DNA of 64,000 nt from Octopus vulgaris. Lineage: Eukaryota. Numbering within the stretch: the first letter of the stretch is position 1; each line of letters opens with the position of its first letter. The stretch is from positions 54,312,001 to 54,376,000 of the forward strand of contig OX597816.1 of the NCBI GenBank assembly GCA_951406725.2, read 5' to 3'. Positions 42,020-55,149 of this stretch are shown in pieces. The notes beneath the pieces are model-generated. The model had not been told where the DNA came from and did not search any database. It was given only the letters and a program-made list of their open reading frames with translations. A program made the translations under genes and the position numbers.

Positions 42020-42665
42020 GACATAAACCACCACCGCCACCGCCACCACCACCGCCACCGCCACCACCACCACCACCACCACCACTACCAACACCACCAC
42101 CACCACCACCACAACTACAGCATCAGTGGTAGCAACGACAACAGTATGGCGAGAAATAGCAGCGGCAGCAGCAGTAGCAACGGTAGCAGTAACAGCAGCA
42201 TGAAGCAGTAAGAACATTAGTAATAACAACAACAACAACAACAGCAACAACAGCAGCAGCAGCAGGAGTTGTAGCATCATCATTAGCAGCTGCAGCAGCA
42301 GGAAGAAGAAGAACAACAACAACAACGACAACATTATAACCACCACGACGACCACCACCACAAGAACCACCCCTCCCCCTCCCCTCCACCACCATCTCTC
42401 GTCTTCTCCCCCAAAACGCTGCTACCGTTATTGATTTTTCTTCTGTCATTCTTCTACTTTCTCTTCTTCGCTTCATCCCTTCCTCCTACCCTCTTTCTCC
42501 GCCCCTTCCTCTTACTCCTCCACCCCTTTTTTCTTCTTCTACAAACATCGTTGATGACGGCAGGAACAATAGACTTAGTATTACTACCGCTGCTGCTGTT
42601 GCTGCTGCTGTTACTACAACTACTACTACTACTACAACAACAACAACTACTACTACTACTACTGC

Positions 42666-42722
<57 letters not shown>

Positions 42723-42821
42723 CATCACTACTCCTCCTCCTCCTCCTCCTCCTCCTCCTACTACTACTACTACTACTACTACTGCTACTACTACTATTGC
42801 TACTACCACCACCATCATCAC

Positions 42822-42853
<32 letters not shown>

Positions 42854-42914
42854 TCACTACTACTACTACTATTACTATTACTACTACTACCACCATCACT
42901 ACTACTACCACCAT

Positions 42915-42967
<53 letters not shown>

Positions 42968-43000
42968 ATACTACTACTACTACTACTAACACCATCACTA

Positions 43001-43031
<31 letters not shown>

Positions 43032-43040
43032 AGCAGACTT
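42020..43040. repeat. Compound trinucleotide microsatellite block (CCA, CAG, CAA, CTA, CTC)
   Basis: Seen directly. It produces the poly-L/V/T ORFs. Confidence 0.95.
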
Positions 43041-43517
43041 GAATGCAAGGAATATTTTTACGGGAAAATATTTTAGATTTCCATATTAATGTCTCTTAGA
43101 GATTGTCACTGTTAACTTGATACCTCAATGATGGCGTCGGCGGCGGTGGTCGCGCTTGTAATGGCGATGATGTTGATCGTGATGAGGTGACTACCACCAC
43201 TAAACAAACAAGAACACCAACACAGGGCGTGGATGAGAAACTTTTCACTCTCCGCTTTTATAGTATTTGATCTTTGTGTCGTTTGTGCGTCGACATAATG
43301 GACAGACACACTCACTCACTCTTTATCTCTCTCTCTTTCTCTCTTTCTCACACACACACAAAACACACGCATACATATCTATACACATTCGTAGACATGC
43401 ACACACATGCAAACACTCACACTTACATATACACATACATACATGCACACGCACACATAGACACTCGTGCTCACACATACACATCACTCACTTAAAAATA
43501 TGCACAGACACACGTAA

Positions 43518-43579
<62 letters not shown>

Positions 43580-44912
43580 CATATGTATGTAAACACACAT
43601 TTTCCTTATCTTTACAACTCTACACCCACACATACTAATAGATGCACTTTCTGCCTGCCTGTCTGTCTGTCTGTGTGTCCTCTGTCTCTCACACGCATAG
43701 ACTTATCCAATCATGTACAATTACTCTTGCATACTCATACACACAAACACACGCACACATATACACTTCCCTCTCTCTCTCTCAACCCTCTACCACACCG
43801 TCTCGTCTTTTTTGCTACCATAAACCCCCACTGCCCCCCCACCCTTTATTAGATGATCTCAGCATTACTCACCTGTCTTCGATATAATCTACCCACAAAC
43901 AGGAAGCCATTTACCTAACGCCCATTATTTTCCTACTGTTAACCCAGCCTGCACTCCATCCAATTCACCATCCTCACCTACCCCCTGAATATGACCAATT
44001 ATGGATTCCCCTGCTCTCACAGTTAACCCCTATATTAACCCCCCACCTTTACTACCATTCCATATTTTTAGACATTCACCCCTCCCCCACTTCACTAACT
44101 TCCACCCCTGTCTATTAGTCTGTCTTCCATTAACTCCCTCCACCCTTTAATTCTACCCTTTTCCCACCCGTCAAACACAAACGAGAAATGCCACGACATG
44201 GTCATTAGACGCAACAGTCAAATAACCCTCAAATAACGAATTATCCGTTAAAAGAAGGAAGGGCACAGTCTTGCTACAAGATGGTCATGACGCGGTCTTT
44301 GATCATAGCTCAGCAGGATCAGGGCTGATCTGGGGCTAAACAGCCAGAATCTTCTTTTATCTCTCTGTCATGATAACGGTTTCCTACTCGACGGGGTGGC
44401 CGCCATACAGCAACAGACTTGTTTTGTAAAACATGAAGGCCACGTGATTCCAAACGACGTTGTCGTCGTCTTTGTCATCATCATCAGCATCATCGTCGTC
44501 GTCACCACCACCACCACCACCATTACCACCACCATCTTCATCATTATCATCGTCTGTAGTAGTAACAATAGCACCAACAGTGACAACTACACAACACTGT
44601 AAATACACATTCGGCAGATGTGAAAGCTATCAACTCTGGTAAGATGAGACAGAATGGAGGCGACATGACATCAAACTAGATTCGAATGACGTTTCAAATC
44701 AAGACTAACAATTCTAAAACACATCAAACAACTCTATGACACTGAGAGAGGAAACTACATCAAGCATTTGTACGGCGCACTGTGTTTCAAGCCAGACAGC
44801 ACCCCACAAATCTCCAGTCTTTTGCAAGGGAGTAAATTCATCAAAACTAGTTCTAACGTTAATGACTACCATGTTAAGACTTGCAAAATAACAAATCTTC
44901 ACAACATATATC

Positions 44913-44988
<76 letters not shown>

Positions 44989-45269
44989 AGACACACTCAC
45001 ACATATCTATTGTTGGCGAGTGATTAATGTGATTCTTGCTTCTGTTATCTTCTGCTCAGTGTCATATACATACTGGCAAATAAAAAAAAAATGACCTACA
45101 CACAAAGTTTTGTGTATATCTATGAGCGTATGTGAGTACATATGAATATAAATATGCACATATCTATCATAACTATACGTATATATATGTATATATACAT
45201 TCATATATATATATATATATATACATGCATAGAGACATATATGTAAATATATATATATATATATATATA

Positions 45270-45678
45270 GGCGCAGGAGTGGCTGTGTGGTAAGTAGCTT
45301 GCTAACCAACCACATGGTTCCGGGTTCAGTCCCACTGTGTGGCACCTTGGGCAAGTGTCTTCTGCTATAGCCCCGGGCGGACCAAAGCCTTGTGAGTGGA
45401 TTTGGTAGACGGAAACTGAAAGAAGCCTGTCGTATATATGTATATATATATATATATGTATGTTTGTGTGTCTGTGTTTGTCTCCCTAGCATTGCTTGAC
45501 AACCGATGCTGGTGTGTTTACGTCCCCGTCATTTAGCGGTTCGGCAAAAGAGACCGATAGAATAAGTACTGGACTTACAAAGAATAAGTCCCGGGGTCGA
45601 TTTCCTCGACTAAAGGCGGTGCTCCAGCATGGCCGCAGTCAAATGACTGAAACAAGTAAAAGAGTAAAAGAGTAAAGA

Positions 45679-45680
<2 letters not shown>
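45270..45680 (+). mobile_element. Full-length family A SINE between (TA)n tracts
   Basis: Head GGCGCAGGAGTGGCTGTGTGGTAAG..GGTTCAGTCCC, internal (TA)n, and tail (GTAAAAGA)n. Confidence 0.9.
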
Positions 45681-45728
<48 letters not shown>

Positions 45729-46102
45729 GTGTATCTATACATATGTGTGTGTGAGTGTGTGTGTGTGTAGCATTATAATGTACAGCCATATCCTTGTCTA
45801 ATGTTTTTGTTAGAAAATATTATCTTCCTCTTTCGTATTTTCTTTGTCTCATACATATCCAATGTCGAGTTGTCTATTTAACAAACAGACAGTTTCCCCT
45901 CACGTATTCACCGAGGAATTACTTCGATTCTGTAAAACCACACGAAATCTGTCCTCCACCGTTGAAACAGCGGAAGTATATTGCACAGTATACTCTTGCT
46001 TACTATATTCCAGCCAAAATTGGCTTTGTCATGGATGGAGTGCAATTGCTACTTATCTGTTTCCCTGTTCACTTGGCAATGGTATACATATATTGCATGT
46101 GC

Positions 46103-46184
<82 letters not shown>

Positions 46185-46352
46185 ATGTATATATATACAC
46201 ATACATATATATACATTTAAAAAAACCCCACCTTTTATCAATTCAAAATGAACAGTTAAATTACACCATCTAGAACATTTAGTATTTAGTATTTGATTTA
46301 GTATTTCTAAATTGAATTTTTCCCTGTAAGTTAGGAATGATATTCCCTCAAA

Positions 46353-46430
<78 letters not shown>

Positions 46431-47099
46431 AACTTATATTTAGATAAACAAGTATATGTATGTATATATAGTATATATTCAGTTCAGGATGTAGAAGCGC
46501 ACAGTATAAATCTCGTCTAGACTCGCATAGCCACGAAAGACAGAAGGGATATGGTCGAAGCCAAAAATTTGAGTTTACGGCACACAGAAGCAATATTTAT
46601 TTAGCACCTGATGAAACACAAGATCTCACAATGCAGGGAAAAGGTTACATAACCAAATACCTGCAAACCTGGAGAACTAAGTTACATGCAAACAACTGAA
46701 ATGATTACAAATGAATACTCGTCTGTACTCCTTCATGTTGACTCCAACTTATATCCAATAATATATACATATGTATTCGGGCACATTCAAACATATGTAT
46801 GTATGTATGTAAGAAAGTGCATCGATTGATACACGCATATACATGTATCATATATAAGTGACAAACTTAGAGACACATGATAACGATACACTATCTGTCC
46901 TCAAGTCAAGCATAGTGTCTCTTTCTCACCGCCCATAGGAGAAAGCATCCCCTGGAGAAAGATATTGCTTTCTACGCCCGAAGAATGATATTGAGTAAAG
47001 ACAGAAATTTCACGAAAATATTCGTAGACATAATTTATTGAATTATATTATACTGCACAATACATACATACATACATACATACATACATGCATACCTAC

Positions 47100-47325
47100 G
47101 CTGAACTATTGAAGAATCTGCAGTTACTCTATCCAGATTAAAAGTTCAGGTTTATACCTGTAATTATTGAAGACCTGGGATATGTAACACACTGCATAAA
47201 TACTAATCTTCAGAAATTAGGCTTCTGAAGACTAGAAAGGAGAAAGCTAATTCGAAGACTACAGATCGAATCCATCACTGGAACTGTAATAATGTGTAAA
47301 ACTTTCTAGAATTTTATCATTTAAA
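47100..47325 (+). pseudogene. Extreme 3' fragment of an RLE (R4-like) LINE
   Basis: [22 protein letters not shown] ... KLIRRLQIESITGTVIMCKTFL. Confidence 0.65.
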
Positions 47326-47551
47326 TATATATGAGCATGTCTAGACATTCAAATATATGCATGAGAATACATACATAATGCAAAACATAGAAATATGCAC
47401 ACATAAATACATACACTCATATATACAAACGAAAATACCCTGTTGTTGATGTTGAAAACGCAATGAAGGAGCCTTGGATCTAAGTTAGAAACCGGCTCTT
47501 TCTCTACTGGCAAGAACTCTTGAAATAAAACTGAGCAATGACGTGCATACA

Positions 47552-47586
<35 letters not shown>

Positions 47587-47655
47587 TAGGCAAAAATAGT
47601 TAACAAAGCCAAGGCTGTGAGGAGTTTTCAGGACACTTATAAGGAAAGAGATGTA

Positions 47656-47703
47656 GTCTTACAGCTGTGTCTGGTATATTATGGATATCCCTTCATCAGA
47701 GAC
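47656..47703 (-). ncRNA. Type-I hammerhead motif, one core mutation (GAAA to GACA)
   Basis: GUCU-CUGAUGA-A-GGGAUAU(CCAUA)AUAUACC-A-GACA-CAGCUG-UA|AGAC. Confidence 0.7.
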
Positions 47704-47961
47704 GATGTGAGAGAAGTAAATGTTTAAGTCCGAATTATTATGGAAAAGGAGGAGATAGGGAAAGTAGAGGGAAATAAGAGAATGAAAGTAGGAATAACAT
47801 GAAATATTGTTGTTGCAGTTCCATTATTAGAGGAAAATGGTGTATAGAAGTGGTAAAAAAGTTTCTTGTACATAGTACGTAAGTTCCTATAGTAGTTCGT
47901 TTTTAGTCATTTTAAAATATGGAGCCGTGGATTCTTTGTTGCTAATTCGAAGGGGTTTTAT

Positions 47962-48023
<62 letters not shown>

Positions 48024-48031
<8 letters not shown>

Positions 48032-48358
48032 TAAATTAGAGATAAAACCACTATTAGGCAAATCATACAATGAAAAACTTAAGCCAATACATAAGATTAA
48101 TTAATTTATATTATTTCAAATATATATCAAAATTATTAAAAAAGATAATTACTAATTATCTTTTTTTAATAATTTTGATATATATTTAAAATAATATAAA
48201 TTAATTAATCTTATGTATTGGCTTAAGTTTTTCATTATATGATTTGCCTAATAGTGGTTTTATCTCTAATTTAATATAATATAATATTTTACTATAAAAT
48301 TGGATTCAATCCTAAAACTGATTTTTCCCTGTAAGTTTGGATTTATTCCCTAGTATTT

Positions 48359-48362
<4 letters not shown>
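48024..48362. mobile_element. Near-perfect AT-rich palindrome (arms ~128 bp, 1-nt loop at 48152) with a unique tail, in (TA)n
   Basis: 48024-48151 pairs with 48153-48281. The tail TTTTTCCCTGTAAGTT..ATTCCCT recurs at ~46315-46350, also before (TA)n. Confidence 0.8.
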
Positions 48363-48420
<58 letters not shown>

Positions 48421-48421
<1 letters not shown>

Positions 48422-48971
48422 TAAATAAGCAACGATGATGTACAGATGTCAATTCATTACGGCCGTTTCAAATGACTCCTTGAATTGATTAATGAAAACA
48501 TTACATCATTTGAAATAAACCGTTCTCGTAGGATGACCGCATAGACTTCAAACAAAAAGGATAAAACCACTGCTTTAACATATTCACATCAATACTGGAA
48601 CTCAAAATATTTACATCATTTCTGTTGTCATACCTCTGGCAGAATGAGCCTCTGGCAGAATGAGCCTCTGGCAGAATGAGCCTCTGGCAGAATGAGCCTC
48701 TGGCAGAAGCCTCTGGCAGAATGAGCCTCTGGCAGAGTGAGACTCATTCTGCCAGAGGTATGAAAACAGAAATTATGTAAATATTTTGAGTTCCAGTATT
48801 GATGTGAATATGTTAATGACAGTGGTTTTATCCTTTTTGTTTGAAGTCTATGCGGTCATCTGACAAGAACGGTTTCTTCCACACGGTGTAATGTTTGTAT
48901 TAATCAATTAACGAAGTCGCTTGAAACGGCCGTAATGTATTGACACCTATACATCTTCGTTACTCATTTAT
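48421..48971. mobile_element. Older fold-back element with a central 16-bp tandem array and a decayed HHR in each arm
   Basis: Arms 48421-48648 and 48743-48971, with seven CCTCTGGCAGAATGAG units at 48633-48741. At 48857-48937: CAU-CUGACAA-GAACGGUUUC...GAAGUCGCUU-GAAA-CGGCCG-UA|AUG. Confidence 0.8.
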
Positions 48972-49228
48972 ATTTTACTCACCTACATAGGAATCTGCAC
49001 TTCGGAGATACTGTAGACAGTATCTTTATATAAGTATGTGTCTGAACTACCGAGAGCTGATCTCTTCACTCAGCTGGGTTGCGTTGTCTGCACACATGAC
49101 AGGGATATCAAGTGCAAACACTTCTTCACAGAGTTTTGATATTCAATATTCAATAAATATTGTTCGGGTGTGCGGATTATACCGACCTAACAAAGTGCCT
49201 AAATTTAAATACTTCATTCAACGGAATC

Positions 49229-49296
<68 letters not shown>

Positions 49297-49299
49297 TAT

Positions 49300-49456
49300 A
49301 CTCTTTACTCTTTTACTCTTTTACTTGTTACAGTCATTTGACTGCGGCCATGCTGGATCACCGCCTTTAGTCGAGCAAATCGACCCCGGGACTTATTCTT
49401 TGTAAGCCCAGTACTTATTCTATCGGTCACTTTTTGCCGAACCGCTAAGTAACGGT
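49300..49456 (-). mobile_element. Family A SINE, 3' fragment
   Basis: Matches the family A tail in reverse complement. Confidence 0.85.
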
Positions 49457-49459
49457 TAT

Positions 49460-49925
49460 TTCAGCGTTAGACTACATGGTCAAGCTGGGGCACTGCCAGT
49501 ATCATCACGCTTTTAATGGTCATTCTTATATAGCTGGCTTTTGGTGAATATGAGAATTTCACATTTCTAGCCTGCTTTGAGTTTCTTGCCGTTATGCTTG
49601 TTCATGTTCGATCTTAGACAGCATGAGGTAAAATTGTTTCTTGAAAGCATCCGCCCCACAACCAATGTAAATTTCGCAGATCTTTTGGCAAGTCATTAAA
49701 GAGAGCCGTATGTCTTTGAATCCTCAAGCTGTTGCAGCATCTTGTGCTCATTCTAGATGCTATGGATGGAATCTTTGGAACAGTGATGTGACGTCCAGTG
49801 TAGAGGCTGGTATGACTCTCGATGCCAAAGTTTGGTACCAACGCACTAGTGATCTTCTATGTGCCTATTACTGCTTATCTCTCCCGTCTTTTCTCCAGGG
49901 TTTACTGCTAATCGGCCGTTGAGTC
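49460..49925 (-). pseudogene. Degraded CR1/L2-type LINE 3' fragment
   Basis: LEKRRER, VPNFGI..TGRH..VPKIP and LFNDLPKDLRN resemble the LINE ORF2 C-terminus. Confidence 0.65.
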
Positions 49926-51177
49926 ACTTTGTAAATTCTACCGATTATTCATAAAATGTATGTATACACACACACACATAAATTCCATTTCCCTATTTGC
50001 GTCACTAAACTTACATACATACAAACGCACACAAGCCACACATTAACACACATATACACATACACCACACATACACATACACACACACTCATACACACAC
50101 ATATATATTCTTCAAGACTCTTAATAAAAGCCGTTAAAGGGTCATAACATCTGATTTAATGAGTAGTAAGAGGCTATAAATCCTGTTGCAATTCATGCAC
50201 TGAACAATCAATTTATAAAACGGACAATTATCCTGTCTATACAAAATAACCCTCCCCTCATCCCTTCGATTCGTGACTCTGATTTGTTTCCATTATCCAA
50301 ATGGCTTCGTGTCGACTTGCCCAACTTACTGCAAATATTTTCAGAAGGTTCCACGTTCAATGAGCATATTATTTTTTACGCAATTCTGAAGAATCTTTTT
50401 CAACATGTGTTATGTAGAAAACCCTGAATAGCGCAAGAAGATCAATAAATGATTCCAGAAATTATTGCATAATGATGAGCGATTTATTAAATCGAACATG
50501 ACGAAACGATTGTAAATTTAGGTAATAAAATGATTTTCTCATTCTATTTGGTTACATACGCACACACATATGTACATGTCTGTCTATCTATATGTTTATA
50601 TTTATGTATTATATCAAAACTTGGAACTCCGTTCTGAGTTTCGCCAACATGTGAGCAATTTACGACTGTTATGGAATAGCCAATCCAAGAGTGAAACTTA
50701 GTTTACGTTATAATAAAATTTTGATCAATTAAATAGGCCATGTCATCGACCAAACTATCAGATGTTGGTGCACATCACTGGTCACAATGCGCTTTGCATC
50801 GTTTTAGCCTTCGAAAGTCACCATCTAGTTGGCTAGGCGAGCAGACCGATATCCGCTCCCCAGATTGAAAAGGAGGACTGGAGTAGCATGAAATAACGTG
50901 TTTTGCTCAAAACCACAACGCACTGCCCGATCTGAGAATCAAACCCACTACCTAATAACTGGGAGTGTAGCACCCTAACGACTAGGCCACACGCCTTCAC
51001 ATTTATTCTGACGCTATAGACATATCTGTACTGTCCACTCCAGCCGCTCTATTGTGCTCGATGGCAGGTAATGCTTGCACTGATTTTATATACCTTATAG
51101 CTTTCGGATTATGATATATCTATCTACATTCATATAATGTATATACATACTTATCTCTCTCTCTCTCTCTTTCTATC

Positions 51178-51394
<217 letters not shown>

Positions 51395-51752
51395 TGCATC
51401 TGTGCCTGTATATGTATATATATATATATATTTATATATACACACACAAACACACACATGCACAACACATGTATATACACACACACATATATACATACAT
51501 ACAAATATATACACTCATTCACTCAAAAATGTGTTTGTGTGTGTGTACATACATACACAGTCGGTCATATATGATCATGTATGTATGTATCTTTCCTAAG
51601 AAATTTATTGAGAGATTGTTTTTCTCAACTCAAACAGCACATATATACACCCACACATGTGCAACTATAACCACAAATTAAGGTGAATTAGACTCTTCAA
51701 TGGAAGAGAGAGGAGAGAGGGAGAGAGAGAGAAGAGAAGAGAGAGGGAAAAT

Positions 51753-51832
<80 letters not shown>

Positions 51833-52323
51833 AAGAGAGACAGAAAATGTCCGAAGCGATTTCTATTATTGCTCAGAAAGATTTCTAATTCTGTTAAGGA
51901 TGTTTAATTCTAATGTTTACCCGAATGAATATTTCTGAAGCCAGACATTTCGTTGTAAAGACTCGTCTCAGTCATCTCCTCCCTGCCCCCCCCCCCGAGT
52001 CTTACACCAAACGGCCTTGAGATGTTACACATAAATAAGATTCACTATACTTGCACAATTCAGAGATGACCACATAAAGATATTCAATGTTGCAACAATG
52101 TAAGACATTGTAGGTTATTCATTTAGCAAGAGATTTTGATCTGCGACCGTTCATCGGGAGTAAAACCAGTGGTAAGAAGTTTGATTCCCATCCACATGGT
52201 TCCAGGTTCAGTCCTACTGCGTGGCACCTTGGGCAAGTATTTTCTTCTAAAGCTTGTGAGTGGATTAGGTAGACGGAAACTGAAAATCTCTCAAAGCTTT
52301 TGACTCAACCTCGTACATATATA

Positions 52324-52745
52324 GAAGTAATGTTTATCGCCATATCAATATCGCTAATCCGTACGGATCAACATTACTACCGCATTTAACCCCAAGAGGA
52401 TTATCGACGTAATCTGCACCCGATATATATTGCAATCAGGGGAGCAAACTCTTATCATCATCCAGCAGTCGACGGAATTACCAGACCGTACTGTTTCGGG
52501 ATATTTGTGCCCATCTTCAGTGGTGAGCACACCCGTCCGTTAGAGATAGCAGTGATTCACTCCCTTATTTGCAATATACAGTATACCGGGTTCAGATTAC
52601 ATCTATAAGCAGCTGGAGGAGGCTCCTCCCGCGGTTAAAAACAGTAGCAACGTCGACTCCAATGGAACAGCCATATTGATGTTGCGATAAACGCCCCTTC
52701 TCAGCAGAGTTCCTATTTTCCTCTCTTATAGAGATTTTCGAACTG
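52324..52745 (-). mobile_element. Rod-shaped retrozyme/viroid-like non-coding unit with an apical hammerhead
   Basis: Nested pairings GTTTATCGC/GCGATAAAC, ATATCAATAT/ATATTGATGT, TTTAACC/GGTTAAA, GTAATCTG.ACCCG/CGGGT.CAGATTAC and TATATTGCAA/TTGCAATATA enclose the HHR. Confidence 0.75.
52480..52524 (-). ncRNA. Type-I hammerhead ribozyme
   Basis: ACCA-CUGAAGA-U-GGGCAC(AAAU)AUCCC-GAAA-CAGUACGG-UC|UGGU, with near-palindromic stem III. Confidence 0.8.
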
Positions 52746-52971
52746 TATATACATACGAATGTAAACATTATAAAAATTATGAAATAATTAAGGTGGTTAG
52801 GTGCATTTTAATCCAAAAAAGAAATAATTTTCCGTAACTAAAAATGATCAAGGGTGCAGAGAGCACCAGCGTTGCTAGAAATAAGTGTCACAGGCTCTTC
52901 AGCCACAAGAAGCCATATGCTTATCTGAACTGACAAGGGAGACAACATTCCCACCCCCTCAACCGAGGTGC

Positions 52972-53029
<58 letters not shown>

Positions 53030-53167
53030 GGGGAAGAGCAGTTAAAGCCAAACACCATCGTGTTGAACGGCAGTTGTTTTTGACATTAAAAATAATTTCC
53101 GTTTATTTTATTTCATTTTTATTCAACACGATGGAGTTCTTTCCCCCTGCCTCTCTCTCTCGCTCTC

Positions 53168-53249
<82 letters not shown>

Positions 53250-53465
53250 GCAATAATAATTCTCTAAATGAGATATAGACAGTAACTGCTCCATAACATA
53301 AGGGACTAAAGCCATCTGAATATGGCTAGGGACAGGGCAGGGTGGTGGGGGTGTTACTGTTGCATTTAGCCCCAGGCGAACATCGACGTCGCCAGATAGG
53401 CTTGACACCATCACGGTGTCCTTTAACCTGCAAAGGGAGATAATTCACCGATGAAGCGGAAACCA

Positions 53466-53511
53466 CACACGGACCATGGTTTCAAGGTGTATTGCCTATC
53501 ATCAACGTGTG
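53466..53511 (-). ncRNA. Type-I hammerhead (inverted unit)
   Basis: Exact reverse complement of 53592-53637. Confidence 0.82.
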
Positions 53512-53591
53512 GTAGGCCCCCGCTTCCTCGACGAAAATCTATATATGAATATCCTGCAGAGTGAGATTTCGTCGAGGAAGCGGGGGCCTAC

Positions 53592-53637
53592 CACACGTTG
53601 ATGATAGGCAATACACCTTGAAACCATGGTCCGTGTG
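53592..53637 (+). ncRNA. Type-I hammerhead (unit 1), U3 variant
   Basis: CACACG-UUGAUGA-U-AGG(CAAUACA)CCU-U-GAAA-CCAUGG-UC|CGUGUG. Predicted cut after 53631. Confidence 0.85.
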
Positions 53638-53952
53638 TGGTTTCCGCTTCATCGGGGAATTATCTCCGTTTGCAGGTTAAAGGACACCGTGATGGTGTCA
53701 AGCCTATCTGGCGACGTCGTGTTCGCCTGGGGCTAAATGCAACAGTAACACCCCCACCACCCTGCCCTGTCCCTAGCCATATTCAAATGGCTTTAGTCCC
53801 TTATGTTATGGAGCAGTTACTGTCTATATCTCATTTAGAGAATTATTATTGCTGTCGAACAGATTTTCGAAATCAGCAAATGTATTTTGCTTGAAAAATC
53901 TATATATGAATATCCTGCAGAGTGAGATTTCGTCGAGGAAGCGGGGGCCTAC

Positions 53953-53998
53953 CACACGTTGATGATAGGCAATACACCTTGAAACCATGGTCCGTGTG
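53953..53998 (+). ncRNA. Type-I hammerhead (unit 2)
   Basis: Identical to unit 1. Predicted cut after 53992, which is 361 nt from the first. Confidence 0.85.
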
Positions 53999-54187
53999 TG
54001 GTTTCCGCTTCATCGGTGAATTATCTCCCTTTGCAGGTTAAAGGACACCGTGATGGTGTCAAGCCTATCTGGCGACGTCGATGTTCGCCTGGGGCTAAAT
54101 GCAACAGTAACACCCCCACCACCCTGCCCTGTCCCTAGCCATATTCAGATGGCTTTAGTCCCTTATGTTATATATATATAATTTGAT

Positions 54188-54665
54188 AGGTTTCGGCCAG
54201 TATTGGCACAGGCCAGTCATTCAAATCAGGAATCGGTCAACATGGCCCAATCAAGTAGACAGTTTAGTTTACGGAGACATATCCGGGTGTAGAAGGTTTT
54301 TCCGGGATTTTCTGAAGGAATTTGTTCAAGACTTCTTGAACTTTATGGGGTCTGTTTCAGCTTTAATTGTGTTTTGATGTAATTTTAAACAAAGCGGAGT
54401 CAATTGTGCCATATTGTTGTAAAGTGATACGAGTATGATTTTTGTTGTGGGCGGGTTGCACGGGGCCCAAGTCTTGGGTGTATCGTAAAGGCGATGCCAA
54501 CATCAATTAGGCAATGCCGATGGAATATTTTCCACATGATGCAGATGATGTAGCGCTCACAGCTATGTTCGAGGGAATAAAGCTAGAGCTTTTCTAGTTG
54601 ATCCCAATAGTCAAGGCCTGTCATGCCATCTATACTTTTTGTAATTGACCTTTGAGGTGCTTCAG
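54188..54665 (-). pseudogene. Degraded CR1/L2-type LINE 3' end, related to 4418-5566
   Basis: LDYWDQLEKL*LYSLE, ERYIICIMWKIF, PRLGPRA and DPIKFKKS. Confidence 0.85.
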
Positions 54666-54715
54666 TTTTCATTATACTTTGTTTCGTGTGGGGAGAAACA
54701 AAATATCATACACAC

Positions 54716-54766
<51 letters not shown>

Positions 54767-55149
54767 TTTGCGTATATAGATGTATGGATGTGCACTTACA
54801 TACGTACGTACATACATACATACATACATACATACATACATACATACATACATACATACAAACATACATGTATACATGTATACATACATGCATGAGTATG
54901 TCTAGATGTGCAAGTATATGCATGAAAATACATATATAAGCAAATTTTCTCGTATACATACCCCGTTGATGTTGAAATTCCAATGAGGGAGACTTGGATG
55001 TAGGTTAGAAACCGGCTCTTTCACCATTCGCATGAAAACAAACTAAGACTGACTAATGACATACATACATGCATGTGTGTGTATGAAGGAATATATTTAT
55101 TAACGGAGAGAGGTACACAATCATAAGCACGCAAATACACATAGAGATA

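Larger units (their letters stand above)
53250..54170. mobile_element. Non-LTR retrozyme-like insertion: ~1.75 head-to-tail 361-nt units (+) preceded by an inverted ~0.8 unit, in (TA)n
   Basis: Unit starts at 53537 and 53898, and 53250-53540 is the reverse complement. There are three HHRs, TA runs on both sides, and no meaningful ORF. Confidence 0.88.

Noticed and set aside
48633-48741. CRISPR-like array
   Set aside because: The repeats are contiguous with no spacers, the context is eukaryotic, and there are no cas genes.
53440-53470. Opposite-polarity HHR in the 361-nt unit (CCGATGAAGCGGAAAC)
   Set aside because: No stem II or III can form. It is the complement of the stem-I extension.
53725-53800. 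Twister-like words (TAACAC...GTCCCTAGCC) in the retrozyme unit
   Set aside because: I could not build the P1/P2/P4 stems and pseudoknots. An Infernal search would be needed.
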